A stretch of 32,521 nt of DNA from Bdellovibrio sp. (GCA_046318155.1 JBKCUU010000027.1:1-32521); one strand, 5' to 3'; shown: positions 1-10,569, counted from the first letter of the stretch. Notes: a model not told the origin generated them from the sequence alone. Numbers and translations are program-made.

Positions 1-75
1 TGCTAACTCGTTGAAACCTTTGGTTTGTGATTTCCCCCACTTAGGGGAATTTTCGTCGTACTACCAACTTAAGAA

Positions 76-165
76 TGGCGGAGAGGGTGGGATTCGAACC
101 CACGGAACCCTTTCGAGTTCTTTCGCGTTCCAGGCGAATGCCTTAAACCACTCGACCACCTCTCC
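76..165 (-). tRNA. tRNA-Ser (anticodon GGA)
   Basis: The reverse complement reads GGAGAGG...TTCGC-CT-GGA-AC-GCGAA, then a long variable arm, GGTTCGAATCC, and CCTCTCC-G-CCA. The CCA end is encoded. Confidence 0.97.
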
Positions 166-314
166 GCACTTTCGAGTCTGATGTAAGCGCATAAGTTAGC
201 AAAGTTAGGCGCCATCTGAAATAAAGAAGATGAGGGCTCATAGTCGCAACGCGTCTACCGCCGGGCTTAAGCCTCGCTTTATCCTCTCTTGCACCTGTGG
301 TAACCCTAGCACCT

Positions 315-1178
315 ATGGTTCAAAACAACTCGCATCAATCCTATTCAAAGCAGCTGAAAAAATTGGGATCCGAAGTCCCCTACGCCCATGTCGTTTTGGG
401 CTCGGGCTTTGGGACTTCGCTTGATGCCCTGCTGGTCACCGATTGGTCTGTGGTCGGTGAAATCAAATTTCAAGATGTTGAAGGACTCATTGCCTCCACG
501 GTACAAGATCACGCCGGGAAGTATCGACTCTATAAGCACAAGCCGACAGGCAAAGTGGTTCAATTTCAGATGGGCCGACTGCATGGCTACGAAGGCCACG
601 ATCCCCGTCTCGTCGTCATGCCGGTGATGATCCCGCGCGTGGCAGGCGTTAAAAATTTTCTACTCACCAATGCTGCCGGTGGTTTGGATCGCGCCATGAA
701 TCCCGGTGATGTCATGATCATCGAAGACCATGTCAACTTAACGGGTAAAAATCCATTGATCGGGCATAATCCTATTGGGCCTGATGGCCAAGAGCTGGGC
801 CCACGCTTTCCGGACATGGGTCATTGCTACAAACCCGAGTGGCGCGCCCGTTTGCAAACACACCTCGAGAAACACGCGCTGAAAGTTCACAAAGGAATTT
901 ACCTAGGCTTACTGGGACCCACTTTTGAAACTCATGCCGAAGTTCGTTTGTACTCGGCTTGGGGGATGAAGTCCGTCGGCATGTCGACCGTGTGGGAAAC
1001 GATCGCGCTTCACCACTCGGGCGCACAAGTCGCGGGGCTTTCACTCATCAGCAATCTCGGCGCGGGCCTTGGCCAGGCAGCCCTGGATCACAACAGCATC
1101 TTAGAGACCTGCCGAATTTCGGCGGCTCAAGTGATGCTCGCAATCAGTGACTTTCTTTCGCAGGACTTACTCAAGTGA
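315..1178 (+). CDS. Purine-nucleoside phosphorylase (trimeric PNP/XapA type)
   Basis: Motifs VLGSG, GRLHGYEG, TNAAGG, DHVNL, GPRFPDM, GPTFET.AE, GMSTV.E and ISN. ATG at 315 is preferred over GTG at 297. Confidence 0.92.
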   Translation: MVQNNSHQSYSKQLKKLGSEVPYAHVVLGSGFGTSLDALLVTDWSVVGEIKFQDVEGLIASTVQDHAGKYRLYKHKPTGKVVQFQMGRLHGYEGHDPRLVVMPVMIPRVAGVKNFLLTNAAGGLDRAMNPGDVMIIEDHVNLTGKNPLIGHNPIGPDGQELGPRFPDMGHCYKPEWRARLQTHLEKHALKVHKGIYLGLLGPTFETHAEVRLYSAWGMKSVGMSTVWETIALHHSGAQVAGLSLISNLGAGLGQAALDHNSILETCRISAAQVMLAISDFLSQDLLK

Positions 1179-2536
1179 GAAAGATTTTTGATTGGGGCGT
1201 TCGTGCCTCTTGGGCCTTGCCGATGCAAGGCCAAGTCGAAGTAAAAACCGATTACTTCATTGGCGTAAAGGGCACAGAAATTACGTACAGCGGTCCTCTT
1301 AGGGCCGCGCACAAGTCCCAATGCAAAAAGTGGATTGATGGCAAAGGCATGGTCCTTCTCCCAGGTCTGATTAATGCGCACACGCATCTTCCCATGACCC
1401 TCTTTCGAGGGCTCGAAGACGATGTCCCTTTAAAAGTCTGGCTCTTCGAGCGCATTTTTCCCCTCGAGAATAAATTTGTTTCTCCAGATTTTGTCAAAAC
1501 TGGGACTGGTCTGGCGGCACTCGAGTGCATCCGCTTTGGAACAACCACGGTGTCCGATATGTATTTCTTCGTCGAAGAGTCGGCAAAGGTGTGGGAAAAA
1601 GCAGGACTGCGCGGTATTTTTGCGCAAGCCCTCATGAGCTTTCCAATCCCCGAAGACAAAAAGTTGGGGTCCGACCGCTTTGCACGCTTTGATCATCTTC
1701 GAAAAAAATTCGCCAAATCTGACCTCATTCAAATCGCACTCTCGCCGCATGCACCCTACACTTGCGATGACGACTTACTCAAAAAAGTGGCGGCCAAATC
1801 CAAAGAGACCGGCGCTCTTGTGCACATCCATTTGTCTGAGTCCGTCAGTGAAGAGCCCGACTCACAAAAAAAATACGGTCAGTCACAAACCGAGCGGCTT
1901 AAAGCCTTAGACCTTTTAGGAAACCGAACCGTTTGTGCGCACGCGGTCCACCTAAGCCCCAGTGATCGCAAACTTCTGAAAGACTCCGGCACCGGCGTTA
2001 TCCACAACCCCGATTCAAATCTTAAACTGGGGTCGGGCATAGCGCCCATCGCTGAGTACTTGGCGGACGGCATTCCCGTTGCGCTAGGAACCGACGGGTC
2101 GGCCAGCGCCAATGACCTCAGCCTGTTTGGCGCGATGGATTTGGCAACAAAGGTGCAAAAGCTATCGCACAAAGACAACACCGCCATGGTGGCCTCACAA
2201 GCGCTTTGGATGGCGACTCAAGGCGGAGCCCAAGCGATAGGACTTGGTGATCAAATTGGCTCACTCACCGTGGGCAAAAAAGCCGATTTTATTTTGGTGG
2301 ATTTTAATTTTCCGCATCTGCAACCTGTGCACGATCCGATGTCGCATTTGGTGTATTCGGCACAGGGTCTTGAGGTCGATACGGTTTTTTGCAATGGTAA
2401 GATGCTTTTGAAAAATAAAAAACATGTCACACTGAAAGCACCCGCGATCTATGCAAAAGCTGAAAGCTACCGCAAAAAAATTAAGAACTTCTTAAAGAAG
2501 CTCGCTCTTGAGTCCAAGCTCTCCAGCCAAAAATAG
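1175..2536 (+). CDS. mtaD: Amidohydrolase, 5'-methylthioadenosine/S-adenosylhomocysteine deaminase-like
   Basis: Motifs PGLINAHTH, PHAPYTC, HIHLSE, HNPDSNLKLGSG, LGTDGSAS.N and GKKADFI. The start overlaps the PNP stop (GTGA). Confidence 0.82.
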   Translation: MRKIFDWGVRASWALPMQGQVEVKTDYFIGVKGTEITYSGPLRAAHKSQCKKWIDGKGMVLLPGLINAHTHLPMTLFRGLEDDVPLKVWLFERIFPLENKFVSPDFVKTGTGLAALECIRFGTTTVSDMYFFVEESAKVWEKAGLRGIFAQALMSFPIPEDKKLGSDRFARFDHLRKKFAKSDLIQIALSPHAPYTCDDDLLKKVAAKSKETGALVHIHLSESVSEEPDSQKKYGQSQTERLKALDLLGNRTVCAHAVHLSPSDRKLLKDSGTGVIHNPDSNLKLGSGIAPIAEYLADGIPVALGTDGSASANDLSLFGAMDLATKVQKLSHKDNTAMVASQALWMATQGGAQAIGLGDQIGSLTVGKKADFILVDFNFPHLQPVHDPMSHLVYSAQGLEVDTVFCNGKMLLKNKKHVTLKAPAIYAKAESYRKKIKNFLKKLALESKLSSQK

Positions 2537-2748
2537 CCAAGACAAGAAACAACACATACAGAAGACTAATCAGCATAACTCCCTTGGTTGCGTAAAGCCA
2601 AATGCTGATGAGATTGACGATCACCCAATAAATCCAACATTCGATCCGGCGATGAGCCATTAGAATCATCGCTGTGAATCCCAAATGCGAGCAGAAGGCT
2701 GCCAGTCACTGTCAGTACAATTTGTATGAATCCCTTTTGGAGCCACTC
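2481..2748 (-). pseudogene. pnuC: Remnant of a PnuC-family nicotinamide riboside/vitamin transporter
   Basis: The C-terminal segment FTAMILMAHRRIECWIYWVIVNLISIWLYATKGVMLISLLYVLFLVLAIFGWRAW is PnuC-like. An in-frame TGA lies just upstream, and a further hydrophobic piece (EWLQKGFIQIVLTVTGSLLLAF) sits in another frame. Confidence 0.75.
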
Positions 2749-2867
2749 TCAAGTCGTGGGCTCAGCAATATTGGCACTGGCAAAATCAAGCTGTCCTGCA
2801 CCAGTCCAGTCTTTATCTTGTTCGATTCATAAATGATCTCATTGCCAGGGCTGCCCAATGGTGAAAC

Positions 2868-2908
2868 AAAAAAAGTCACCCGCGCCATCGCAAAAATGAA
2901 ACGGTGAT
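2868..2908 (-). terminator. Possible intrinsic terminator after the FAH gene
   Basis: Imperfect stem TCACC...GGTGA followed by a T-run on the minus strand, right after the stop codon. Confidence 0.4.
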
Positions 2909-2909
2909 T

Positions 2910-3890
2910 TTAGGGGGCCGAAACGACTTTTTGCTCGATCGTTCCAAAGAGCGATTTGCCGGTAGCATCTTGCATACAGATTTTGACCCGATCGCCCACT
3001 TTCATGAAAGGGGTCTCGGGCTTACCGTTGTTGATTTGCTCCAGCGTGCGCTTCTCGGCGAGGCAGCTTGAGCCCACCGTCTGGTCTTCATTCGCCACAG
3101 TTCCGCTTCCGATCAAAGAGCCTGCGACCAAATCGCGAGTTTGCGCCGCGTGCGCGATCAATTGACCAAAGTGAAAGTGCATTTCGCCGGCATTTGCCCG
3201 TCCAAAAAATTGGCCGTTCAATTCAACGTGCAAAGGCAAATGCACGCGTCCGTTTTTCCATGCAGGACCAAGTTCATCGGGCGTGAGCGCAAACGGTGAG
3301 AGTGCTTTTGTGGGTTTACTGACAAAAAAGCCAAACCCTTGCGCCAATTCACTAGGGATTAAACCTCGCAACGACACATCATTGATCAAGACAAACAACC
3401 GAATTTTTTTGAGAGCTTCTTCGGGCGTGGTTCCCATCGGAACCTCATCGATGATCACGCCGACCTCAGCTTCAAAATCAGTCCCATGCGAAAAATCACG
3501 CTGCGGAATTGTCGCCGTCGGCGCCAAAAACTTGCCACACTCAGCTTGGTACATCAAAGGCACCGTCATCAAGGTTTCGGGTGGTTCGGCGTTACGAGCT
3601 TTCCGAACAAGACGGATATGGTGAATAAAAGCCGAGCCGTCCGCAAAGAGCCACGTGCGCGGCAAGGCCGAATGCAAGTCGGATTCTTTCAGTGCAAATG
3701 CATCTTTCACAGATCCGTCTCGAAGAGACTGATCCAGAGCTTTCAGTTTGGGTTCAGCCGTTTTCCAGTTCTCGAGGGCTTCGCGCAAGTTGGGCGCAAC
3801 GCCTTGAGCCCGAACCGCCTGCTGACGGTCCGGGTGGATGACAATCAACTCTCCATCCAGGGAATGGTTTTTAAGCGAACCCAAAATCAT
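2910..3890 (-). CDS. Fumarylacetoacetate hydrolase family protein
   Basis: Motifs ADGSAF..H, DFEAEV, LINDVSLR, GFGFF.SKP, TPDELG and IGSGTV. It lies near maiA. Confidence 0.9.
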   Translation of the reverse strand: MILGSLKNHSLDGELIVIHPDRQQAVRAQGVAPNLREALENWKTAEPKLKALDQSLRDGSVKDAFALKESDLHSALPRTWLFADGSAFIHHIRLVRKARNAEPPETLMTVPLMYQAECGKFLAPTATIPQRDFSHGTDFEAEVGVIIDEVPMGTTPEEALKKIRLFVLINDVSLRGLIPSELAQGFGFFVSKPTKALSPFALTPDELGPAWKNGRVHLPLHVELNGQFFGRANAGEMHFHFGQLIAHAAQTRDLVAGSLIGSGTVANEDQTVGSSCLAEKRTLEQINNGKPETPFMKVGDRVKICMQDATGKSLFGTIEQKVVSAP

Positions 3891-3912
3891 AACAAATCCT
3901 TAATCTACAAAA

Positions 3913-4455
3913 TCAATCAAACGTGATCATGAAGTTGGCGATAATTGCTCTTGGATTCTCAACTTCGTCGGCCACTTTTGAAAACATGGTTTCGTAGTAA
4001 AATTCAAAACCCATTTGCGGTGCAAATTTAAAACTAGCACCGACTTGCAGTCCGATGGGAGCCGAGCTCACACCTTGGCAAGTCCCGCCGGGGCAATCTT
4101 TTGCAATATTAAAAGCCAAATTGGGTCCGACAAAGGCCCCACCAAAGTCGCTAAATTTGTACATCAATCCAACGGGGATTTCGAAGTAAGTGAATTTCGC
4201 GTCACCCAAATTGTTGGAGCTCGACGAAAACTCATAAAAGCGCTGTGTGTACAAGAACCCCGTGCGCACTTGCCAAGCCTCATGCACTTCAAACTTGGCG
4301 ACGGCTCCCGCTTGGAAGTTGGTCTTGCCTTGAGTTTTCTGGTTCGTTGTTTTGGCATCGGCACTGTCGCCGCGAATACCGAGAACCACACCCACGTCTT
4401 GGGCCTGCGCAGCAAAACCCATTATTACGATCAGAGACATCACGAACATTTTCAT
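3913..4455 (-). CDS. Outer-membrane beta-barrel protein (small, porin/OmpA-TM-like)
   Basis: Signal peptide MKMFVMSLIVIMGFAAQA, alternating amphipathic strands, and an aromatic C-terminus (FMITFD). RBS AGGGG lies before the ATG at 4455. Confidence 0.75.
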   Translation of the reverse strand: MKMFVMSLIVIMGFAAQAQDVGVVLGIRGDSADAKTTNQKTQGKTNFQAGAVAKFEVHEAWQVRTGFLYTQRFYEFSSSSNNLGDAKFTYFEIPVGLMYKFSDFGGAFVGPNLAFNIAKDCPGGTCQGVSSAPIGLQVGASFKFAPQMGFEFYYETMFSKVADEVENPRAIIANFMITFD

Positions 4456-4517
4456 AGGAAACCCCCTTGGAATTTCGATGTTTTTAGAGTGTACAATGCA
4501 GAATTGAAGGAGTCCAC

Positions 4518-5165
4518 ATGGCTGAATTTGCGCTGTATAGTTATTTTCGCTCGTCCGCATCTTACAGGGTGCGCTGCGCTCTGCACCTGAAAGGCATCAA
4601 GTTTGACTACAGGCCTGTTCACCTTCTGAATGATGGCGGCGAGCAGCACAAGTCTGCCTATCGCGACCTCAACCCAGGTCGTGAAGTCCCGACGCTGATT
4701 CACAACGGACGCGCGCTTGGGCAGTCGATGGCCATTTTGGAGTACTTGGATGAGGCCGCCTCGGGCCCCCGTTTGTTTCCACATGATCCTTATCAAAGGT
4801 CCCTCGTTCGTCAATTCTGCGAAAATATTAACTGTGTCCAGCCTCTTCAAAATTTGCGAACAGTGCAATTTTTAACGAACGACGCCGGCCTGTCTGAAAC
4901 AATGAAACAGCGTTGGCTGAATCGTTGGCTGGGGCAAAGTTTTGAAACACTCGAAACACTGCTCAGAAAGCATAGCGGCACGTATTGCTTTGGCGAGACG
5001 CCAGGGGCCGCCGATTGCTTTTTAGCACCGCAGGTGTTTGCAGCTCAGAGATTTACCATTGATTTGCAGCCCTACCCAAGCGTGCGAAGAATTGCGGAAT
5101 CACTCGATAAGCACCCGGCGTTCTATGCCGCGCATCCGAGTCGCCAGCCCGACACTCCAGCCTGA
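4518..5165 (+). CDS. maiA: Maleylacetoacetate isomerase (zeta-class GST)
   Basis: Motifs YSYFRSSASYRVR.AL.LKG, NP...VP.L, QS.AI.EYL and AAHPSRQPD. RBS AAGGAG. Confidence 0.93.
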   Translation: MAEFALYSYFRSSASYRVRCALHLKGIKFDYRPVHLLNDGGEQHKSAYRDLNPGREVPTLIHNGRALGQSMAILEYLDEAASGPRLFPHDPYQRSLVRQFCENINCVQPLQNLRTVQFLTNDAGLSETMKQRWLNRWLGQSFETLETLLRKHSGTYCFGETPGAADCFLAPQVFAAQRFTIDLQPYPSVRRIAESLDKHPAFYAAHPSRQPDTPA

Positions 5166-5200
5166 TGAGCTTGGAGTGTCGCCGCCCTCTAAAGGGAGCA

Positions 5201-6079
5201 CTAGTTCGATTTAATAAACAGAAAGTTCCACTTGTCCAAGACCGGCACGTAAAGAAAGACAAGCAAGCTTAAGTTCACCCACATAAAGAACGCCAGCCAG
5301 CGCTCCTGCCCGGTTGATTTCCAAAACCGGTAGAACTCTTGTAAAATCTTAAATGCAAACGGGAGAACCAGCAAAACATAGATCCAGCTAGTCTGGACGA
5401 ACCAGGGTGAAGCAATCGCCGTTGCCACGTAGGCAAACGTGTAAAGACCAATGTGGTAAAGAGTGCGTGGTACACCGAGCGCCACTGAGATCGTCGGAAC
5501 TTTGCCATCGGCATAGTCGTCTTTGTACTTAATTGCCAAGGCCCAAAAGTGTGGCATCTGCCAGAAAAACATAATCAGAAACAAGTAGACGGAATCCAGA
5601 GCAAAAATATGATCTGAGTTCGCGGCGTATCCAATCGTGACCGGCAAGGCACCGGGGATTGCTCCAGGGACGGCGCCAAAAATCATCCGAGGCTTCCACC
5701 AATAGGTGTAAACGCCATTGTAAAGCACGACTGTCATCCAACCCAGCAGGCAGGCCAGATTCGAAGCTTCGAGTAGCATACTGCTACCCAAGAACAAAAA
5801 GGCGACCGCCAGGATCAGACCCGCAGCTGGTTTGAGTTTGCCTGAAGCTATCGGCCGTTTCGCCGTTCGCTTCATGTCCCCGTCCATCTTATATTCTTGG
5901 ACTTGATTTAGAGCTAAGGAGCCTGAGCTTAAGAAGAATGTCCCGCCGAGGGTCCAGAACAAATGAGCCCAGCTGAAGGAAGTCTCGATGGCAAAGCTGG
6001 TTGCGTACCCAGCCAATGCTGAGAGAACGACAAAAATGACGATTCCCAGCTTGGTCAGGTCAGCGTAGAGGCGAAACAT
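5201..6079 (-). CDS. cyoE: Protoheme IX farnesyltransferase (heme O synthase)
   Basis: Motifs LTK, D..M.RT..RP+.SG, GAVPGAIPGALP, WQMPHF.AL and DY...VP. Last gene of the oxidase operon. Confidence 0.92.
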   Translation of the reverse strand: MFRLYADLTKLGIVIFVVLSALAGYATSFAIETSFSWAHLFWTLGGTFFLSSGSLALNQVQEYKMDGDMKRTAKRPIASGKLKPAAGLILAVAFLFLGSSMLLEASNLACLLGWMTVVLYNGVYTYWWKPRMIFGAVPGAIPGALPVTIGYAANSDHIFALDSVYLFLIMFFWQMPHFWALAIKYKDDYADGKVPTISVALGVPRTLYHIGLYTFAYVATAIASPWFVQTSWIYVLLVLPFAFKILQEFYRFWKSTGQERWLAFFMWVNLSLLVFLYVPVLDKWNFLFIKSN

Positions 6080-6081
6080 CT

Positions 6082-6420
6082 TTAAAAAATATCTTTGACT
6101 GGTAAGCGTGTCCAAATATCAAGGACACAGAAAAATCCGAGCACTGCGAGAAAGAAAAATCCCGTCGCGAAGATAATGCGGTTTCCGTTGCTATCATATT
6201 TAAGACCCATGAAATAAGCCATGACGAGCATGGCTTTAACAAAAGCGATCAAAAAGGCAACGGGGGCCGCCAAGACTCCTAGATGAATGAACTTTGCGGT
6301 GAAAATCGTCAAGACGGTCAAAACCAAAAGGGCGATGCACACGTTTCTCAAGATTGAGAAAGGAATAATGTGGTGTTCTTCGTGTTGTGAATGTGATGTG
6401 TGATTCGAATTGTGCCCCAT
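6082..6420 (-). CDS. Cytochrome c oxidase subunit IV family
   Basis: His-rich N-terminus, three TM segments, motif IA.VKA.LV...FM.LKY, and operon position. Confidence 0.85.
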   Translation of the reverse strand: MGHNSNHTSHSQHEEHHIIPFSILRNVCIALLVLTVLTIFTAKFIHLGVLAAPVAFLIAFVKAMLVMAYFMGLKYDSNGNRIIFATGFFFLAVLGFFCVLDIWTRLPVKDIF

Positions 6421-6423
6421 TTG

Positions 6424-7080
6424 TTACCCCACCAAATAAAGAAGAGGAAAGAGAAAGATCCAGATCAAGTCGACGATATGCCAAAAAATGCCGACGCCCT
6501 CGACCGCTGTAAAGTAGTGCGGATTAAACTCACCTTTGAGGTGACGGTACAAAACCCAACCGATCAGGCCCATGCCCAAGACCACGTGGATCCCGTGAAG
6601 GCCGGTCATGCAAAAGTAAAAACCAAAGTACAGCGGCAACTGCTGCGACACCGCTTCGGTGTAATGAAAAAACTTTCCGGGCAACAAGCCGTGTTGAATC
6701 TTCGAGGTGTACTCAAAGTACTTCACAGCCATAAAGATAAAGCCACAAAGAATCGTGATGATCAGGCACATGGTGGCCTTTGAATTCAATCCGCGTTGGA
6801 TGTAGTGAATCGAAAGGGCCATCGTCCAAGAGCTCGCGATCAGAACCACGGTGTTAAAGGCTCCCATTTTCCAAGCCAGGTGGCTTGCGCCCTCCGCAAA
6901 CGTCTCGGGGTACAGGGCGTGAAAGATCAAGTAGCCGACAAAAAGTCCGCCGAACATCAAGATCTCGGTCACCATGAAAACCCAAATTCCTTCTTTTGAA
7001 GTCAGGAACTCGTGCATGGCATCGCGAAAGTGATGTGCAAAGTGGTGTTGGTTTTTTGGAGTTTGATTAACGGTACTCAT
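6424..7080 (-). CDS. coxC: Cytochrome c oxidase subunit III
   Basis: Motifs G+W+F+.TE+..FGGLF, NT.VL+.SS.T, TGLHG+HV..G and WH+VDL+W+FLFPLLYL. Confidence 0.93.
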   Translation of the reverse strand: MSTVNQTPKNQHHFAHHFRDAMHEFLTSKEGIWVFMVTEILMFGGLFVGYLIFHALYPETFAEGASHLAWKMGAFNTVVLIASSWTMALSIHYIQRGLNSKATMCLIITILCGFIFMAVKYFEYTSKIQHGLLPGKFFHYTEAVSQQLPLYFGFYFCMTGLHGIHVVLGMGLIGWVLYRHLKGEFNPHYFTAVEGVGIFWHIVDLIWIFLFPLLYLVG

Positions 7081-8653
7081 AAGGCCCCGCAGTAACGACT
7101 GGCTCCACTTCAAAATTGTGGTGAGTCGGTGGTGATTGGATTTGCCATTCTAAAGTCTTTGCCCCCCAAGGATTGGCCGGCGCCAGACGTTTGGACAGCA
7201 AGCCCTCAACGATCACGTACAAAACAATCAAAAAGCCCAACCCAATCGTCCAAGAGCCAATCGAAGAGATCTGATTCAGCGACTGGTAAGCGGGAACGTA
7301 GTCGGCGTACCGACGAGGCATTCCCATTGCACCCAAAACAAACTGAGGAAAGAACGTGACGTTAAATCCGATGAAGATCAGGACAAAAGAAATTCGAGCC
7401 CAAAATTCATTGTACATTTTGCCGAACATTTTAGGAAACCAGTAATACAGACCACCAACGAGCGCCATCAAAGTTCCACCAACCATCACGTAGTGAAAGT
7501 GGGCGACCACAAAGTAAGTATCGTGAAAGTGGACATCCAAACCAACCGTTGCTAGCATAATCCCCGTGACACCACCTATGGCGAACAAGAACATGAAGCC
7601 CAACGCATAAAGCATCGGGGAATCAAAGCTGATCGAGCCGCGGTACAGAGTGGCCAGCCAGTTGAACATTTTGATCGCAGTGGGAACACCAACAAGCATC
7701 GTGATAAATGAGAACACAATGCCCGCGATTTCGGATTGACCCGAAACGAACATATGGTGACCCCAAACAAAGAACGAAACGGCTGCGATGCCCAATGATG
7801 AATAAGCAATCGCTGTATAACCAAAGATGGTTTTTCGCGAAAACGCCGCGATGATCTCAGACACGATCCCCATGGCTGGCAAGATCATGATATAAACAGC
7901 AGGGTGTGAATAAAACCAGAAAAAGTGTTGAAACAAGACCGGGTCACCGCCGCGAGCGGGGTCAAAGATCCCGACGCCAAGCACTCGCTCCATCGCAAGC
8001 AAAATCAAGGTGATACCCAACACAGGCGTCGCCAAAACTTGAAGAATCGCAGTCGAATAAACAGACCAAACAAACAAGGGAATGCGTCCCATGGTCATGC
8101 CCGGCGCCCGCAACTTGTGGACAGTAACGATAAAGTTCAAGCCTGTCAGGATCGAAGACATCCCCATCACGAAGGCCGCTGAAACCATCAAGACGACGGC
8201 AGAACCAGTTTTGATCGAGTAAGGTGTGTAGAAAGTCCAGCCGGTATCAATTTTGGTCGTGAATAAGGTCGAGACTGCCATCAGAGCGCCCAACATGAAC
8301 ACGTACCAACTGGCCAAGTTCAGCTTGGGGAAGGCCACGTCTTTTGCGCCGATCTGAATGGGCAAAAAGAAGTTCCCTAAAATCGCAGGAATCCCCGGCA
8401 CGATGACCATGAAAACCATGATGGCACCGTGATAGGTCAAAATTTGATTGTAGGTGTTTCCGTCAAACATGGCGCCGGACCGGAAAAGCTCCAAACGAAT
8501 TAACATGGCTGCGATGCCACCGCACAAGAAAAAGAAGAGAATCACGATCATGTACATCAGGCCGATACGCTTGTGATCGATCGTGGTTAGCCAGGACCAG
8601 AGTCCTTTTTCGTGATTAATATAATTTTCGCCAGGGTTCGATACATTTGCCAT
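7067..8653 (-). CDS. coxA: Cytochrome c oxidase subunit I (A2 type)
   Basis: Motifs [29 protein letters not shown] (the YS motif marks type A2), WGHHMF and [12 protein letters not shown]. An alternative GTG start exists at 8665. Confidence 0.97.
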   Translation of the reverse strand: MANVSNPGENYINHEKGLWSWLTTIDHKRIGLMYMIVILFFFLCGGIAAMLIRLELFRSGAMFDGNTYNQILTYHGAIMVFMVIVPGIPAILGNFFLPIQIGAKDVAFPKLNLASWYVFMLGALMAVSTLFTTKIDTGWTFYTPYSIKTGSAVVLMVSAAFVMGMSSILTGLNFIVTVHKLRAPGMTMGRIPLFVWSVYSTAILQVLATPVLGITLILLAMERVLGVGIFDPARGGDPVLFQHFFWFYSHPAVYIMILPAMGIVSEIIAAFSRKTIFGYTAIAYSSLGIAAVSFFVWGHHMFVSGQSEIAGIVFSFITMLVGVPTAIKMFNWLATLYRGSISFDSPMLYALGFMFLFAIGGVTGIMLATVGLDVHFHDTYFVVAHFHYVMVGGTLMALVGGLYYWFPKMFGKMYNEFWARISFVLIFIGFNVTFFPQFVLGAMGMPRRYADYVPAYQSLNQISSIGSWTIGLGFLIVLYVIVEGLLSKRLAPANPWGAKTLEWQIQSPPTHHNFEVEPVVTAGPYEYR

Positions 8654-8661
8654 ATATTTAC

Positions 8662-9633
8662 TCACTTTAATGTTTTGATGAATTCAATTAGCATTGTTAA
8701 CTGAGCCTCGGTGAGTTGACCTTGATAAGAAGGCATCACGCCCGCGCTATAGCCCTTCACGATTTTAGCGTTTGGATTCAAGATCGACTCGCGCAGATAG
8801 TTGTCATCAACACTGAGGTCGCCCGCTGAGGTTGGGTGATTGACTGCTGAATAGAGCCCCTTCCATGAAGGGCCTACTTTAGCTGTGCCATCAGCGGAGT
8901 GACAAGCCACGCATCCCTTGGAGTTATACAGCTTTTGACCCTTCTCTGCGAGAGAAAGACCCTCGTCGTTCTCAAGTAACCACTTCTCAAAATCGGCCAT
9001 GGGCACGACGTTCATTTTAGCCATCATGCCCGAGTGAGCCGCACCACAATATTCGGTGCAAAAAACCTGATAGGAGCCAGTTTTCTCAGCATTAAACCAT
9101 AATGTTGTATAGCGCCCAGGCACGACATCTTGCTTGATCCGAAGTGAGGGGATGTAAAACGAATGAAGAACATCATCAGAGGCCATCACCAACTTCACGG
9201 GGACGCCGACGGGGACAAAAAACTCATTCGTTGAGATCTTGCCAGATTTGTAAACAAAATCCCATGCCCATTGCTTTGCCTGAACGTGAACTTCGTAAGC
9301 GTTCTCGGGCATCGTCCGCATGTCGTGATAAACTTTCCAGCCCCAAGCAAAAACCACCAAAAAAAGAACCAGGGGAACGAACGACCATAAAAACTCAAGA
9401 AAAGTATTGTGGCTAATGTACGGGACTTTGTCCGTATCAGTTCGGCGCTTGTACTTGATCGCGAAAAAAATCATTCCACCGATCAAAATGGCGCAGCCCA
9501 AAAGGCTCGTCCATAAAAGAAACGAGTAGAGGTTGTCCACGTCGGACGCGATTTTTGATCCGACCGGTGGCATGAAGCTCTGTCCGGCCGCAGAGGCCGT
9601 GTTTATGAGCACGAGAATCCAGTTCATGGGCAC
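8662..9633 (-). CDS. coxB: Cytochrome c oxidase subunit II with fused cytochrome c (caa3 type)
   Basis: Motifs QWAW.F.Y, DVLHSF, the CuA motif [12 protein letters not shown], and a C-terminal CVACH with a distal Met (MPSY). Confidence 0.95.
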   Translation of the reverse strand: MPMNWILVLINTASAAGQSFMPPVGSKIASDVDNLYSFLLWTSLLGCAILIGGMIFFAIKYKRRTDTDKVPYISHNTFLEFLWSFVPLVLFLVVFAWGWKVYHDMRTMPENAYEVHVQAKQWAWDFVYKSGKISTNEFFVPVGVPVKLVMASDDVLHSFYIPSLRIKQDVVPGRYTTLWFNAEKTGSYQVFCTEYCGAAHSGMMAKMNVVPMADFEKWLLENDEGLSLAEKGQKLYNSKGCVACHSADGTAKVGPSWKGLYSAVNHPTSAGDLSVDDNYLRESILNPNAKIVKGYSAGVMPSYQGQLTEAQLTMLIEFIKTLK

Positions 9634-9655
9634 ATCTCCTTAAAATTTCCCAAAC

Positions 9656-10492
9656 TTAAGCCCCTGGTGTTTCACGTCGCGAGCGCAGCCACATGGGCAC
9701 CAGAAGAAATCCCAAGGCCAAAATGATCAATACGCCGCCAAGCTGAACGAGCCGAAAAGCGTAAATCACATATTTGCTTTGTTTAGGATCGTATTTAAAA
9801 CAATACATGATCATCGCGTCGACAATCGTCCCGACTTTGCCCTGACCAGCTTCGTTCAAAGCCATCTTAATCGTGGGGGCGTCATACATAATACCGTGTA
9901 GATATCGAGTCACTTTTCCGGTCGGGCTGGCCACGATGCCGGCCGAGCCGTGCGCCCACTGTTTTTGGGACTCGTCCCAGCGGTATGCAAAACCCACCGA
10001 TTCAGTGATACGCTTAATTGTGGGCTCATCCGCCGTTAAGAAATGAAAGCCGTTTTCGGTCCCATGTCGCTCATACAGTTTCATGTAGGTGGCTTTTTTT
10101 GCTTTCGCGAGCTCGGCATTTTCTTGAGGATCAAAGCTCAGGGCAATGACATCGTATTTTTGCCCAGCGGACCAATCCATGGGTTTTAAGCCCTCGATCA
10201 AACCATTCAGATGAAAATTGCAAAGTCCGGGGCAAGCATAATAGACAAGGCTCAAAATGACCGGTCGACCGGGTTTAAAAAACGAACCAAGCGTGACGTT
10301 CTCGCCGTTTTCATTGCGAACGACTTCTTCCAGATTGAGCTGCGTTCCTAGTTTTTCGGTGATCCCAATGTTTTCAAGCTCTTTGGGCCGAGCGGTCGAG
10401 GCCGTGTCAGTAATAGATGGCTTCTCTATCGAACCCATCTGGTTCGGTAGATTTGCAAGCGCCATCTGAAGAGTCATGAACAATGCAAGCAC
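9656..10492 (-). CDS. SCO family copper chaperone
   Basis: Motif YY.CPGLC, SFDP, conserved His (WAH), RYL.G+.Y, and a C-terminal TM helix. Confidence 0.9.
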   Translation of the reverse strand: MLALFMTLQMALANLPNQMGSIEKPSITDTASTARPKELENIGITEKLGTQLNLEEVVRNENGENVTLGSFFKPGRPVILSLVYYACPGLCNFHLNGLIEGLKPMDWSAGQKYDVIALSFDPQENAELAKAKKATYMKLYERHGTENGFHFLTADEPTIKRITESVGFAYRWDESQKQWAHGSAGIVASPTGKVTRYLHGIMYDAPTIKMALNEAGQGKVGTIVDAMIMYCFKYDPKQSKYVIYAFRLVQLGGVLIILALGFLLVPMWLRSRRETPGA

Positions 10493-10569
10493 GGGGTCCT
10501 TTTTTCGCCTTGTCCGCCTTGGTCTACAGGCGCAACTTTACCTACGAACTTAAACACACTTCCCTGACG

